Below, piece after piece: positions 1-11,412 of a stretch of DNA of 64,000 bases. This DNA is from Felis catus (Eukaryota). The notes under the pieces were generated by a model. That model searched no databases, had not been told where the DNA came from, and saw only the letters and a program-made list of their open reading frames with translations. The first letter of the stretch is position 1. Every line of letters begins with the position of its first letter. The position numbers were made by a program, and so were the translations under genes. The stretch covers positions 15,812,001-15,876,000 of the forward strand of contig NC_058383.1 of NCBI RefSeq assembly GCF_018350175.1, written 5' to 3'.

Positions 1-125
1 ATATTTTTTAAAAAATCCTAATACCTCATTAAAAAAACTATCAGAACTGTTAAATGAGTTCAGGATGGTTGCAAGATACAGGACTAATGTACAGAACTCA
101 ACTGTATTTCTTTGGGCAGGGGAGG

Positions 126-171
<46 letters not shown>

Positions 172-2120
172 CTTAAGCAGGCTTCACATCCAGCGTGGAG
201 CCCATGACCCTGAGATCATGACCTGAGGCCAAAATTAAGAGTCAGATGGTCAACTGACTCAACCACTCAGGCACCCCTCAACTGTATTTCTATGTGTTAA
301 CAATAACAATACAAAAATGGAATTAAGAAAACAATTCCATTTGCAATAGCATCAGAAGAATAAAATATTAAGTAACAAATTTTACCAAAAAATGCAAGAC
401 TTGAACATGGAAAACTAGAAGAGATTATATATGTTATTGAAAGAAATTTAAGATCTAAATAAATGAAAACACATTTCATGTTCTTGGACTGGAAGGCTAA
501 TACTGTTAAGATAGCAATATTCCTCAAATTGATCTACAGGTTCCATGCAATCCCTACCAAATTCCAACTGGGTAAGAGTGCCAAGACAATTAAAAGTGGG
601 AAAGAATAGGTTTTTTTCAACACATGGTACTGAGATAACTGAATATCTATAAGCAAAAAGATAAAGTTAGACCCGTATCTCACACCATATACAAAATTCA
701 CAAAAATAGAACACACACCTAAATGTAAGAGCTAAAACTATAACACTCTTGGAAGAAAACATAAGATTAAATTTTCATGACCTTGAATCAGGCAATGGTT
801 TCTTAAATATGAAACCTAAAGGGTGCGCCTGGGTGGCTCAGTAGGTGGAGCATGCAACTCTTGATCTTGGGGTCATAAGGCCCACATTGGGCATGGAGCC
901 TAACAACAAAACAAAACAAAACAAAAACCACAAGCAACAAAAAGAAAAATGATAAATTGAACTTCATCCAAATTAAACACCTTTGTGCTTCGAAGGGTAC
1001 CATCAAGAAAGTTAAATGACACCCAAAGAATGGGATATTTGTATTTGCAAATCATATAACTGATAAGTATCTAGAATTATAAAGAAATCCCACAACAATA
1101 AAAAGACTACTTAATTTTAAAATAGGCAGGGGCGCCTGGGTGGTGCAGTCGGTTAAGCGTCCGTGAGTTCGAGCCCCGCGTCGGGCTCTGGGCTGATGGC
1201 TCAGAGCCTGGAGCCTGTTTCCAATTCTGTGTCTCCCTCTCTCTCTGCCCCTCCCCCGTTCATGCTCTGTCTCTCTCTGTCCCAAAAATAAATAAACGTT
1301 GAAAAAAAAAATTTAAAATAGGCAAAGGAATAGAGATTTCTCTAAATATATACAAATAGCCAGAAAGCACATGAAAAGATGCTCATCATCATTACCCATC
1401 ACGGAAATGCAACTGGAGCCCCAAAGTATTACTTCACCCATTAGGATGGCTATAATCAAAGAGTCCGGGAACAAGTGTTAAGGAGGACTTTGAGAAATTG
1501 GAACATTCATACATTGCTGGCAGAAATATGAAATGGGGCAGCCACTTTGGAAAACAGTCTGACAATTGCTCAAAATGTTACACTTAGAGTTCTAGAGTTA
1601 CCATATGACCCAGCAATTCATGTCCACACAAAAACTTATACAAAAATATTCATAGCAGCATTACTGATAAGAGCCAAAAGTGGAAACAATCTAAACACCT
1701 ATTAACTGATTAATGAATAAAAAATGGTATGTCCATAAAATGGAATATTATTCAGCAATAAAAAGAAACAAAATACCGGTACATTCTACAACATGGAAGA
1801 ACACTGTAAACCTTAAGCTAAGTGAACCAGTAACAAAAGAGTACATATTATATTTTTACATTTACATGAAATGTCTAGAATAGGCAAATCTACAGAGCCA
1901 GAAAATAGATCAGTAGTTTCTTAGAGACGGAGGGGATAATAAATGGGACAGTTGGGGGTGACAAGTAAGGAGTGCACAGTTTCTCTGTGGGGTAATGAAA
2001 ATGTCCTAAAATTGATTGTAGTAATCAATGCACTCTGTAAATATACTAAAAAATCTTATAACTTAAATGGGCAAACGTATGGTATGTGATTTATAACTCA
2101 AGTTGTTACCAAAAAAAAAG
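1..2120 (+). mobile_element. Old LINE-1 ORF2 3' part and 3' UTR, decayed, interrupted by SINEs
   Basis: L1 motifs such as 'catgaaaagatgctcatcatcatta', 'ccatatgacccagcaattc' and 'tggaatattattcagcaataaaaag'; no open frame; A-rich end near 2110-2120. Confidence 0.85.
1129..1312 (+). mobile_element. Young felid-type CAN-SINE with a 30-nt internal deletion
   Basis: Matches the copy at 11199 except for loss of the segment between two GTCCG repeats; TSD TTTAAAATAGGCA on both sides. Confidence 0.9.
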
Positions 2121-2579
2121 TAGGCTAAGACCTACGCACTAAACCTCTTAGGGTGACTGCTTACTAAAACAGAAAATTTTAATAGGATCCAGAGTCTCCA
2201 ACAAAACATCAAAAATGTCTAGGATACAATAAAAAGTCAATCATCATACCACGAACCAGGAAAACACAGCTTGAATGAATAAAAGACAATTAACAAACAC
2301 TAATACCACACATGAATCAGATGTTAGAATTACCTGACAAGGATCTTAATTTTTTTTAACTTTTTTTTAAGTTTATTTATTTTGAGAGAGAGAGAAACAG
2401 AAAGCAAGAGCACAAGTGGGGGAGGGCCAGAGAGAGAAATCCCAAGCAGGCTCTGTTCTGTCAACACAGAGCCTAACTCAGGCCTCCAACTCATGATGTG
2501 AGATCTTGACCTAAGCCAGAATGAAGAGTCAGAGGCTTAACTGACTGAGCCACCCAGGCGCCCCACCTGACAAGAATTT

Positions 2580-3290
2580 TAAAGCAGCCATCATGTTTTA
2601 ATGAGCATTGAGCTATACAACTGAAACAAACAACAAAATAAAAAATCTTAGCAAAAAAATAGAAGATACAGAAAAGAACCAAATGGAAATTACAGAACTG
2701 AAAAATAACATAACCAACACAAAAAGTCACTAGATGGGCTCAATCGCAGAATGAATACAACAGAGGCAAAAATGAGTCAAGCTGAAACTAGAAGTAGCAC
2801 AAAAGTGAAAAGATCTAAACAATAGAGAAAAAAAATAATGCCTCCCGCACTGTAGGACAATCACAAAAGTTCTAAGATTTGTATTCTCACAAAGAAAGAA
2901 AGGAGAAAGAGAACAGTGCTAATAAATTATTCTAAAAATGGCTGAAACACCCAAAATTTGGCAAAACTCATGAACTTAACAGTTCAAAAACCTAAAAGAA
3001 CTGCAAATAGGATAAACTCAAACAAATTCATGCCAAGATATATCATACTTACACTTATGAAAACTAAAGACAAAGAAAAAACCTTTAAAGCAACCAGGGA
3101 GAAAAGATACGTCACCTGTAGGGAAACACGAATTCCAATGATAGAGGGTTTCTCATCTGAAATCATGGAGGTGTCAAGGAAGTGGCATAATATTTTCAAG
3201 TGCTAAAAGTAAAGAACTGTCCATCACAAATTCTACAAACAGAAATAGCAAGAAAATCTTAAGAAAACTAAAGAACAAAAGAAGACAACT
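2580..3290 (+). mobile_element. Old LINE-1 ORF1 remnant
   Basis: ORF 2958-3206 reads PRYIILTLMKTKDKEKTFKATREKRYVT...FSSEIMEVSRKWHNIFK, resembling the C-terminal half of L1 ORF1p. Confidence 0.8.
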
Positions 3291-3979
3291 CTATTGTTTA
3301 AATCTTAATTCTAACTTATTACAAAGTATACAAGTACCATTATATGAGCAATTACAAGTTTTTCTCATAATAGTAATTAAATATTTGGGAATTACCGATT
3401 TCCCCCTCACCATCACCAATGCCAATGAGATTCATATATGTAGATGGCTTCCCTATTTCCTTAATTCTCTTAAAAAGAAATAGTTCTGCCACTGTTCAAG
3501 ATCTTTTATCAATTTAACAGTTCTGTTCTACTTGAAAAATCCAAAGCTTATGAGCCTAAAATCAGAGCTATTTGTTTAAAAAAGATGGAAGATACATTAT
3601 GTCTCAACCATCCATAAAGTCTATTTTAAATAGTATCTCCTAAAGAGGAAGTCCTGAATGAACCTCTATAATCATGTAACAGCTTAACCATCTTAAAAGC
3701 CAAATCCTAAGAGCAAATAATATTTATCTTAATCCACTCTAATTTATAAAGAGTGTGTGTGTGTGGTTTTTTTTAAACAAGAATGACTATGCAAGTATGA
3801 CTAGTGACCTGTTAAGCAGCCAAGAAAGAAACAGATGGTCATCTTGCAAAACTGTAAATTCAAGATCTGTTTCACATTATTTACCAACTGATTCACTGAA
3901 CTAATTTTTATCAAGTTTTTAAAATATACTAAGTACTGTACAAGGCAGTGACAAAAAAATAAATAAGGTACTACCATAC

Positions 3980-4764
3980 TGTGATATAAGAATCACATAA
4001 CAGAATATATATTAGGTCTTCATCCCTGGCTCCTGGCACAGAGCTCCTAAAACCTTCGGAATTTCTTGATGGGGTTGGAGGAGCATCTTTTGTTATTCAT
4101 CATAAGCCCCTTTCAACCATATCTTGGGGGATGGGGGCTGGTTGCCAGAAGAACCAACCCCTGACCTCAGAATGGGGGAAAGGGGCTGCAGGTAGAGTTT
4201 ATCCCCATCGACCAATGAACCATCTACATAATGAAGCCTCCATAAACTCTAACTGAAGGGATTCAGAGACCTTCTGGATTGGTGAACACATGGATGTGCC
4301 CGGATGGTGCCCCCAGAGAAGGCATGGAAGTTCATGGAGGTCCCATACCCCTTCCCACAAGAGATGCCTTAGGTATCTCTTCCATTTGCTGTTCCTGAGT
4401 TACATCCTTTCTAATGAGCAGGTAATGGTTAAGTAAAGAGCTTCCCAGAGTTCTGTGAGCCATTATAGCAAATAACTGACCTGGGTTGTGAGAAGCCCCA
4501 GTTTACAGCCAGTTAGACCGAAGTACAGGTCATGACCTGGGACTTGCAACTGGCATGGGGGGGAGGGGGGGGGAGGAGGACAGGCAGAGGCTAAAGTCTT
4601 AATGTGTGGGATCTGCACTAACTCTAGGTAGGTGGTGCCATAATTGGGTTAAATTATAGAACACCAGTTGGTGTTTGGAGGGTCGGAGAATTGTAAAGGG
4701 AAAGCCCACATATTTGGTGTCAGAAGTGTTGTGAGTAGTGTAGAAGAGACATAGCTTACCTTCA
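3980..4764 (+). mobile_element. Solo LTR, MER21-like
   Basis: TG start; 'tcctggcacagagctcctaaaacc' and 'ttggtgtcagaagtgttgtgagt' motifs; related copies at ~43.3 kb and ~58 kb. Confidence 0.7.
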
Positions 4765-7700
4765 GGCGTGATCCTAGACCTCAAGGAACTCCTAGTCATG
4801 AGAAAAATGGGCCCACGAGAAATAATTTAAATAAAATGATATGTACTATAATAGGTATGTCTACCAAGTGCCAGGAAAGTAAGCAACTAATCACGCCAAC
4901 AAAGTGACATTTATGCTGATTTTTAAATACTATAGTATTACAATTAAATACTATAGTTCCTCAGGGTTCTATCAGTTCCTCTTAAGCTCTCACCCTAGTT
5001 CTCCACCCTAGCTGCACAATACAGTCACATGGGAAACATGTTTTTTTTTTAATTAAAAAAAATTTTTTAAAGTTTATTTATTTTGAGCGGGGGGGGGGGG
5101 GGCACCTGGGTGGCTCAGTTGGTTAAGCGTCTGGCTTTGGCTCAGGTCATGATCTCGCGGTTCATGGGTTCGAACCCTGCATCGGGCTCTGTGCTGACAG
5201 CTCAGAGTCTGGAGCCTGCTTCGGATTCTGTGTCTCCCCTTCTCTCTTCCCCTCCCCTGCTCATGCTCTGTCTTACTCTATCTCTCAAGAATAAATAAAC
5301 TTAAAAAAAAATTTTTTTTTTTTTTTTTGAGAGAGAGAGCAGGGGAGAGGCAGAGAGGGAGAATCCCAAGCAGGCTGTGCACCATCAACACGGAGCCTGA
5401 CATGGAGCTCAGAACCACAAAATCATGACCTGAGCTGAAACCAAGAGTCCAGCATTTAACCAACTGAGCCACCCAGCTACCCCAGGAAGCATTTTTTAAA
5501 TGACAATGTCTGGTCCCAGAGCAAATCGACTGAATCAGAATCTCTGTGGAAGCCTTCATCCCCTCATCCTTACCCTTTAAAAGCTATCCAGGTGGTTTCA
5601 TAAAGTAGTGCCTGGGTTAAAAATGACCAACTCCATTTGAGAAAAACATAACCCAGGCTTCAACCAATCTTCTGGCAATGAGGAAAGAAAAAGATTTCAA
5701 GTAGAAACAATATGAGCTATAACAGAGTTACTGTGAGGAGAGAAGAGGATTCTAAGGTTTCTAGGATGAAGGCCTAAAACGGAACAAGAAATGTTTATAT
5801 GTGCTTGAGGGGGCTATGTGAGTAAAGGGGAGGGAAAGGAAAAGATAACCAAGTTTGGAGCATTCACTATCCAAGTTTAGCTTTCCAATAGACAAATGAA
5901 AATAAAGAACACTTGAAATTCAAGAAAAATGGGGACCGAATACACATCTTTGAAAACCATAAGTACAGCACTATTTGAAGCCATGAAAGGAGGTATAATC
6001 AATCACACAAGGAAATTAGAGAAAAGAACATAAACCGAAACTCTAGTGAATATCATGTTAATCGGAGAAAATGAAAAAGAGGGAAGCGTCAAGGGAAGGT
6101 TTTTGTTTTTGTTTTGGAAGGTGGAAATCTGAGCATGTACGCAGGCTGAGGGAAAAAATGACAATGCAGAGATCAAAGATGTTAGTTTTAGAAAGGAGGA
6201 CCCTTCTTTGATAAAAGGAAAGGAGATCAGAAATCAGATAGGCATAGGCACACAGAAAAATGATAGAATTTTAGTAGTCAGGGCTGAAGTTCACCAATTT
6301 CTTCTGTGAATTTTCTGCTTATTGCAAAATAAGCAATGAAAAACATCCAGTAGGACACCGAGAGGAGAATGGTAAAAATCTACAAACAGCCATTTAGGTT
6401 TTAGTACATAAGATTAACCTAGGGGAAAGTCAAAGCATCTCCAGCCAGTGAGAGTAAAGTCAGAATCCAGAAGTTTAGAACAGCATCAGCAGCTCACTTA
6501 CATGATTTTCTCCAGTCTGCTCTGGAGATCCTAGGAGCAGAAAAAACCAACTGTTTGATTCATCCTGACTTGGAGACCATCAGAGCAAATGCAGCAAGAA
6601 TGGCTTGAAGCCAGTAACATTGTTTTTATACTTTTAAAAAGTTACATTTTTATTTCACTCTTAAAAAAGAAAGGGGGGGAAAAAAAGACAAGGCTGTAGC
6701 TACTTCCCTGGGTTGCCAGAAAGAGAGTTTGGGAAAGTGAGGGATAATTACTGTCACTCCTACAGCACTTGTCAGAACTTTCGCTCCTAAGCATTTTTGA
6801 TCCCTTCAAGAGCTGATTCCCAAAATTCTAAACCTGATTCCTCTAAGCTCTTAAAGGATGAAAATTCATTGCAGGATTGGACTATCCAACCGAGAGAGAA
6901 ACAAGTGAAATACTTCTTACATACAACGCTGTATTCTGGCTAGTAGGTAAACACTGCTGATTGAAGGTGGGAGCTGATAAGGGAGTGATTATATTTGAGG
7001 CTCCCTAAGAATCATTTACAAAGCCAATTAATATAAAACAATACTTAACACAAAGACTGCAGAATTCAGGGTGTTTTTTTTTTTTTCCTGAATATATACA
7101 GTGAGTAAATAATTGACAATTTAATCTCTTTCTCACACTCGGAGTTCACTAATTTGTCCTGCCATCTACCGCACCGCTCTTCAAGGAGTGGGAAGAATCC
7201 CTCCGGATGCTGAACCTCTTGCTACGACCATCTGGAGAGTACAGAGACCTGAAGGAGGAAGAGACTAACACGCGTGAGCATCCGCTATGTGGCAGGCCTA
7301 CTGTGTGCCAGGCTCTGGGCAAGACACTTTACATGTTATGCGTGCAGGTCATTGAAAGACGAATTATGATGTTCAAACTACGGATCTGGCGTTCAGGAGG
7401 GTATTAGGGTGTCTGACGGTTTAAGTGTAAAGGAAAAGAAGTGTTAGTGACCGTGGCTGATGAAAGTGAGGGGAAAAGAGGCGAGTTGGGAAAGGAAGGC
7501 ATCTGAGAGCAAAAGGGCAAAACCCAGGGACATGGCGGGGGGGATGGGGGGCGACTGGAAGGTACGGAGGACATGGCAATATGGGGCAGGCATGAGGGTG
7601 AGTCTGTGGAAGCGAAGCCGGGGTACAAGTGAAGGCAAAAGTCTGATCTGATCCCGGCGGGATGGGCGGCGGGCGAGGGGTGGGGTGGGGCGGTGGGTCT

Positions 7701-8106
7701 CATCCCGGGAAGGCGCCCCAAAGGACTGCAGGGGCTGGGAAACGGTGCCAGCGCTACGAAAGGGGAGGGGACGGAGAGGGGGCGGCGGGGGGATGACCAC
7801 GGCGGGGACGGGGACGAGGCGGACGACGGCGAAGCGGAGACCGGGAAACGCAGGCGCTGGGGGAAGGGGAGCGGGTGTGGGTGCAGGAGCCGGCAGGCCA
7901 GGGCGAGGGGCGCCGCGCTCGGGGGGCGGGGCTGGCCAGCTGCCCGCAGGGAGATGGGGAGACGTGCGGACAGGAGGTGACGCGGGGCCAAGGGATGTCA
8001 GGACCGAGCCGCCCGGGGCCCGGAGCCATGTGGGCGGCGGCGGGAAGGCAGCGGGGCCGGGGAGGCGCTCCGAGCCGGGCCACAGCGAGCGCGGCGTTCC
8101 CCTTAC

Positions 8107-8340
8107 CTGGGTTGAGTGAGGAGCCGCCGCGCCGCCTCGCCAGCATCCTGCGCTCAGCCGCTTCTCCCACTGCCCTAGGTGGGGGCCATTCCACCCGCCC
8201 CGGGAGCCCGCCTTCACCGCCAGGCGCCAGCTGCTGCCAGCCCGGCCCGGCCCCGCGGAGCAGCGCCGACGCGACCCGCGCCCGCAGCCGCCTCAGCAGC
8301 GACTCCCGCCGTGGCTGCCTCAGCCCCTGCCGCCAGCCTC
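8107..8340 (-). other. Probable first exon of an unidentified minus-strand gene; its intron 1 runs leftwards from 8106
   Basis: Consensus donor CCAG|GTAAGG at 8107/8106 (plus strand CCTTACCTGG) inside the CpG island; promoter motifs lie immediately to the right. The 5' end is an estimate. Confidence 0.75.
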
Positions 8341-8369
8341 TCGGGTGGGCCTGGGATCACAAGTGTGCC

Positions 8370-8680
8370 ACGATTGGTTGCCGCACGCCCGGCCCGGGAG
8401 ATGTGTCGGCTTCTGTGATTGGTGGGTTTCCCTAGCTGCCGCCCGCGGGAGGTGGTACTGGGAATAGCGCCGGGTCTTGCAGGCGTTGAAGGGCGGGATG
8501 GGTCTGACGTCGCGGCCGGACGGGCGCCTCTGCGTCCCTGCGTGTGCTCGCTCCGCGAGAGGGCTCCGAGCAGCCACCTGCCCGGACGGGTTGTTGCCCT
8601 AGCAACGGCGCACTTGACCTGGCTGGAGGGGAGCTGCGCAGGGGGTGCGCACCACGCCGCCTTAACCCCCACGTGGGCAG
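8370..8680 (-). promoter_or_regulatory. TATA-less promoter motif cluster
   Basis: CCAAT on minus strand at 8373-8377 and 8418-8422; GGGCGGG 8491-8497; TGACGTCG (CRE-like) 8505-8512; GTTGCCCTAGCAAC (RFX X-box) 8593-8606; TGCGCA 8635-8640 and 8646-8651; CACGTG 8670-8675. Confidence 0.75.
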
Positions 8681-9664
8681 CCTTCATCGGTGAAACCTTG
8701 CCGCTGGACAAGAAAAGGAGCTTTTCCAAGAAATCCTCTTTTTGCATGTCCACTGCTTCAGGTACCACCCCTCTGGCCGCTGCTGGCGGAGGAGCTTTCG
8801 TCTCATAGGAGATATAACTCAAGAACAGATATCAAATTCACACAATATTGCATTCCACAAAAAAAGTGTGAGTGACTGGAGATTCTGTCCCAACCATAGG
8901 AATGGGGAACTGATACTTGAGAGAAAGAAGTGAAAGCTGGGATTGGAGAAGAGGCAAAGGGAAGAGAAACGTTGTGGAGAGGGCTGACATTTCCCACCTG
9001 AAAATTAAGAGTTCATGTCTATGTCAGTTAGGAACTGACATATCCATACCAGATTCTGTCAAAGCAATTATTTCACTTCTATAAACTGTGGAACAAGATT
9101 CAAAATAAAGTAAGCATTGCCAAAGGGTCACTGTCTATAGAGTCTAGAGCACATTGAGTAAATTTTTTGCCTAGTGCAATTCTGGGAATACCTCAAACGT
9201 TTTACTTTCGTCCATTGAACTTTGGACTTTTGTCAATTGCAACTTGTCAGTGTCAACTCCACTGTCTCCTCCCATTCATCCTTCCACTTTGGACTGAAAG
9301 AGAAAATGTTAACACCTGGTAGCTAAAAAGTAAATCATGCATTAGATTTTAAGTTTAAGGTCTGCTAGCAACAATCATAATATTAAAAAAAAAAAGTTAT
9401 GTAACCTTGTGGCTTTTGCTTTTATAAGCCTGATCTGCTTCCTTGATATTCAAAGCACACCTTCAACTTCAGTGGACTCCATGTCTCCCTGAAATAAATG
9501 CTTTGATTGCTTTATATCCTCTTCTTGAAGGACAGAACATAGATTGCAAAAAGCATGGGCTCAGGAATCTAACATCTTTGTTCAAAATTCCTGTCTACCA
9601 TATTGGAATGTTTTGTTACCTGCAGAATGAGATCTGTAGAATATGTATCAGAGAGTTGCAGGTG

Positions 9665-10866
9665 TGTTCATGTGAGGCCACACAAAAACTTGTACATGAA
9701 TGCTCATAGCAACATTATTCATAATAGCTGATAAAGTGACAAGAACCCAAATGTCCATCAACTGATTAATAAACAAAATTTAGTATATCCATACAATGAA
9801 ATATTATCCAGCTGGGCTTGAACTCACGAACCATGAGATTATGACCTGAGCCAAAGTCAGCTGCTTAACCAACTGAGCCACTCAGGCATCTCTCGTTTTG
9901 TTTTTTAAAAACGTAACAGCTTTGGGGTGCCTGACTGGTTCAGTTCATAGAGCATGTGACTCTTGATCTTGGGGTTGTGGGTTTGAGCCCCATGTTGGGT
10001 ATACAGATTACTTAAAAATAAAATCTTTAATAAAAGTAACAGCTTTACTGAGATATAATTCATCCCCTATAGGGTGCCTGAGTAGCTCAGTCGGTTAAGC
10101 CTCTGACTTTTGATTTTGGTTCAGGTCATGATCTCACCGTTCATGAGTTCGAGCCCCGCATCAGGCTCTGTGCTGACGTTGCAGAGCTTGCTTGGGATTC
10201 TGTCTCCTTCTCTCTCTGCCTCTCCCCCACTTGCTCTCTTCTCTATCTCTCTCTCTCAAAAAAAAAAAAAAAAAAAAAGGAATGAAGTTCTGATTTGTGC
10301 TACAATGTGGATGAATCTTGAAAATATTATGCTCAGTGAAAGAAAATATTCACAAAGACCCCATAACATATGAGTCCACTTATAGAAAAATGTCCAAAAT
10401 AGGTAAATCCAAAGCGACAGCAAGTAGATTAGTAAATGTCTTGGGCTGGGGAGGCTGAGGAAAATGGGAAGTGACTGCTAATGGATATGGGGTTCCTTTG
10501 GGGGCAATTGATGAAAATGTCCTAAAATTGATTGTGTGATGGTTACACAGTGTTGTGCATATACTAAGAACCAATGAATTGTATACTTTATTTTTTTTAA
10601 ATATATATTTTTTAACGTTTATTTATTTGTGAGACAGAGAGAGACAGAGCATGAACGGGGGAGGGGCAGAGAGAGAGGGAGACACAGAATCGGAAGCAGG
10701 CTCCGGGCTCCGAGCCATCAGCCCAGAGCCCGATGCGGGGCTCGAACTCATGGACCGCGAGATCATGACCTGAGTCGAAGTCGGACGCCTAACCGACTGA
10801 GCCACCCAGGCGCCCGGAATTGTGTACTTTAAATAGGGGATGAATTATATCTCAGTAAAGCTGTTA
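9665..10866 (+). mobile_element. Old L1 (L1MB-like) 3' end, interrupted by SINEs and an inverted duplication
   Basis: 'cacacaaaaacttgtacatgaatgctcatagcaacattattcataatagc', then 'aaaaggaatgaagttctgat', ending 'gaattatatctcagtaaagctgtt'. Confidence 0.8.
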
Positions 10867-11089
10867 CTTTTATTAAAGATTTTATTTTTAAGTAATCTGT
10901 ATACCCAACATGGGGCTCAAACCCACAACCCCAAGATCAAGAGTCACATGCTCTATGAACTGAACCAGCCAGGCACCCCAAAGCTGTTACGTTTTTAAAA
11001 AACAAAACGAGAGATGCCTGAGTGGCTCAGTTGGTTAAGCAGCTGACTTTGGCTCAGGTCATAATCTCATGGTTCGTGAGTTCAAGCCC
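9814..11089. repeat. Inverted duplication with 257-bp arms (9814-10070 and 10833-11089) and a 762-bp spacer
   Basis: Base-by-base reverse-complement comparison: one mismatch (9934/10969), no indels. Confidence 0.95.
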
Positions 11090-11198
11090 CTCATCAAGTT
11101 TCCTGCTGTCAGCGAGCCCACTTAAGATCCTCTGTCTGCTCCCCCCACCCCACTCTGCCCTTCCCTCACTTGCTCTCTCTCTCAAAAATAAACATTTA

Positions 11199-11412
11199 GG
11201 GGCGCCTGGGTGGCGCAGTCGGTTAAGCGTCCGACTTCAGCCAGGTCACGATCTCGCGGTCCGTGAGTTCGAGCCCTGCGTCGGGCTCTGGGCTGATGGC
11301 TCAGAGCCTGGAGCCTGTTTCCGATTCTGTGTCTCCCTCTCTCTCTGCCCCTCCCCCGTTCATGCTCTGTCTCTCTCTGTCCCAAAAATAAATAAACGTT
11401 GAAAAAAAAAAT
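11199..11412 (+). mobile_element. Young felid-type CAN-SINE inserted in the tail of an older SINE
   Basis: CpG-rich near-consensus body; TSD AAAAATAAACATTTA; near-identical copies at 13180-13403(-), 34498-34710(+), 37721-37934(+) and 57305-57525(-). Confidence 0.92.

Larger units (their letters stand above)
7620..8800. promoter_or_regulatory. CpG island
   Basis: Abrupt rise in GC and CpG content against CpG-depleted flanks; free of repeats. Confidence 0.95.

Noticed and set aside
8107..8340. Assigning a gene symbol to the minus-strand gene
   Set aside because: Only a mostly untranslated first exon is visible and I do not recognise it; a BLAST search is needed
7404..8822. Long overlapping ORFs (up to 257 aa) on both strands
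   Set aside because: Low-complexity P/G/A/R translations expected from stop-poor GC-rich DNA; they cross the splice donor and show no recognisable domain
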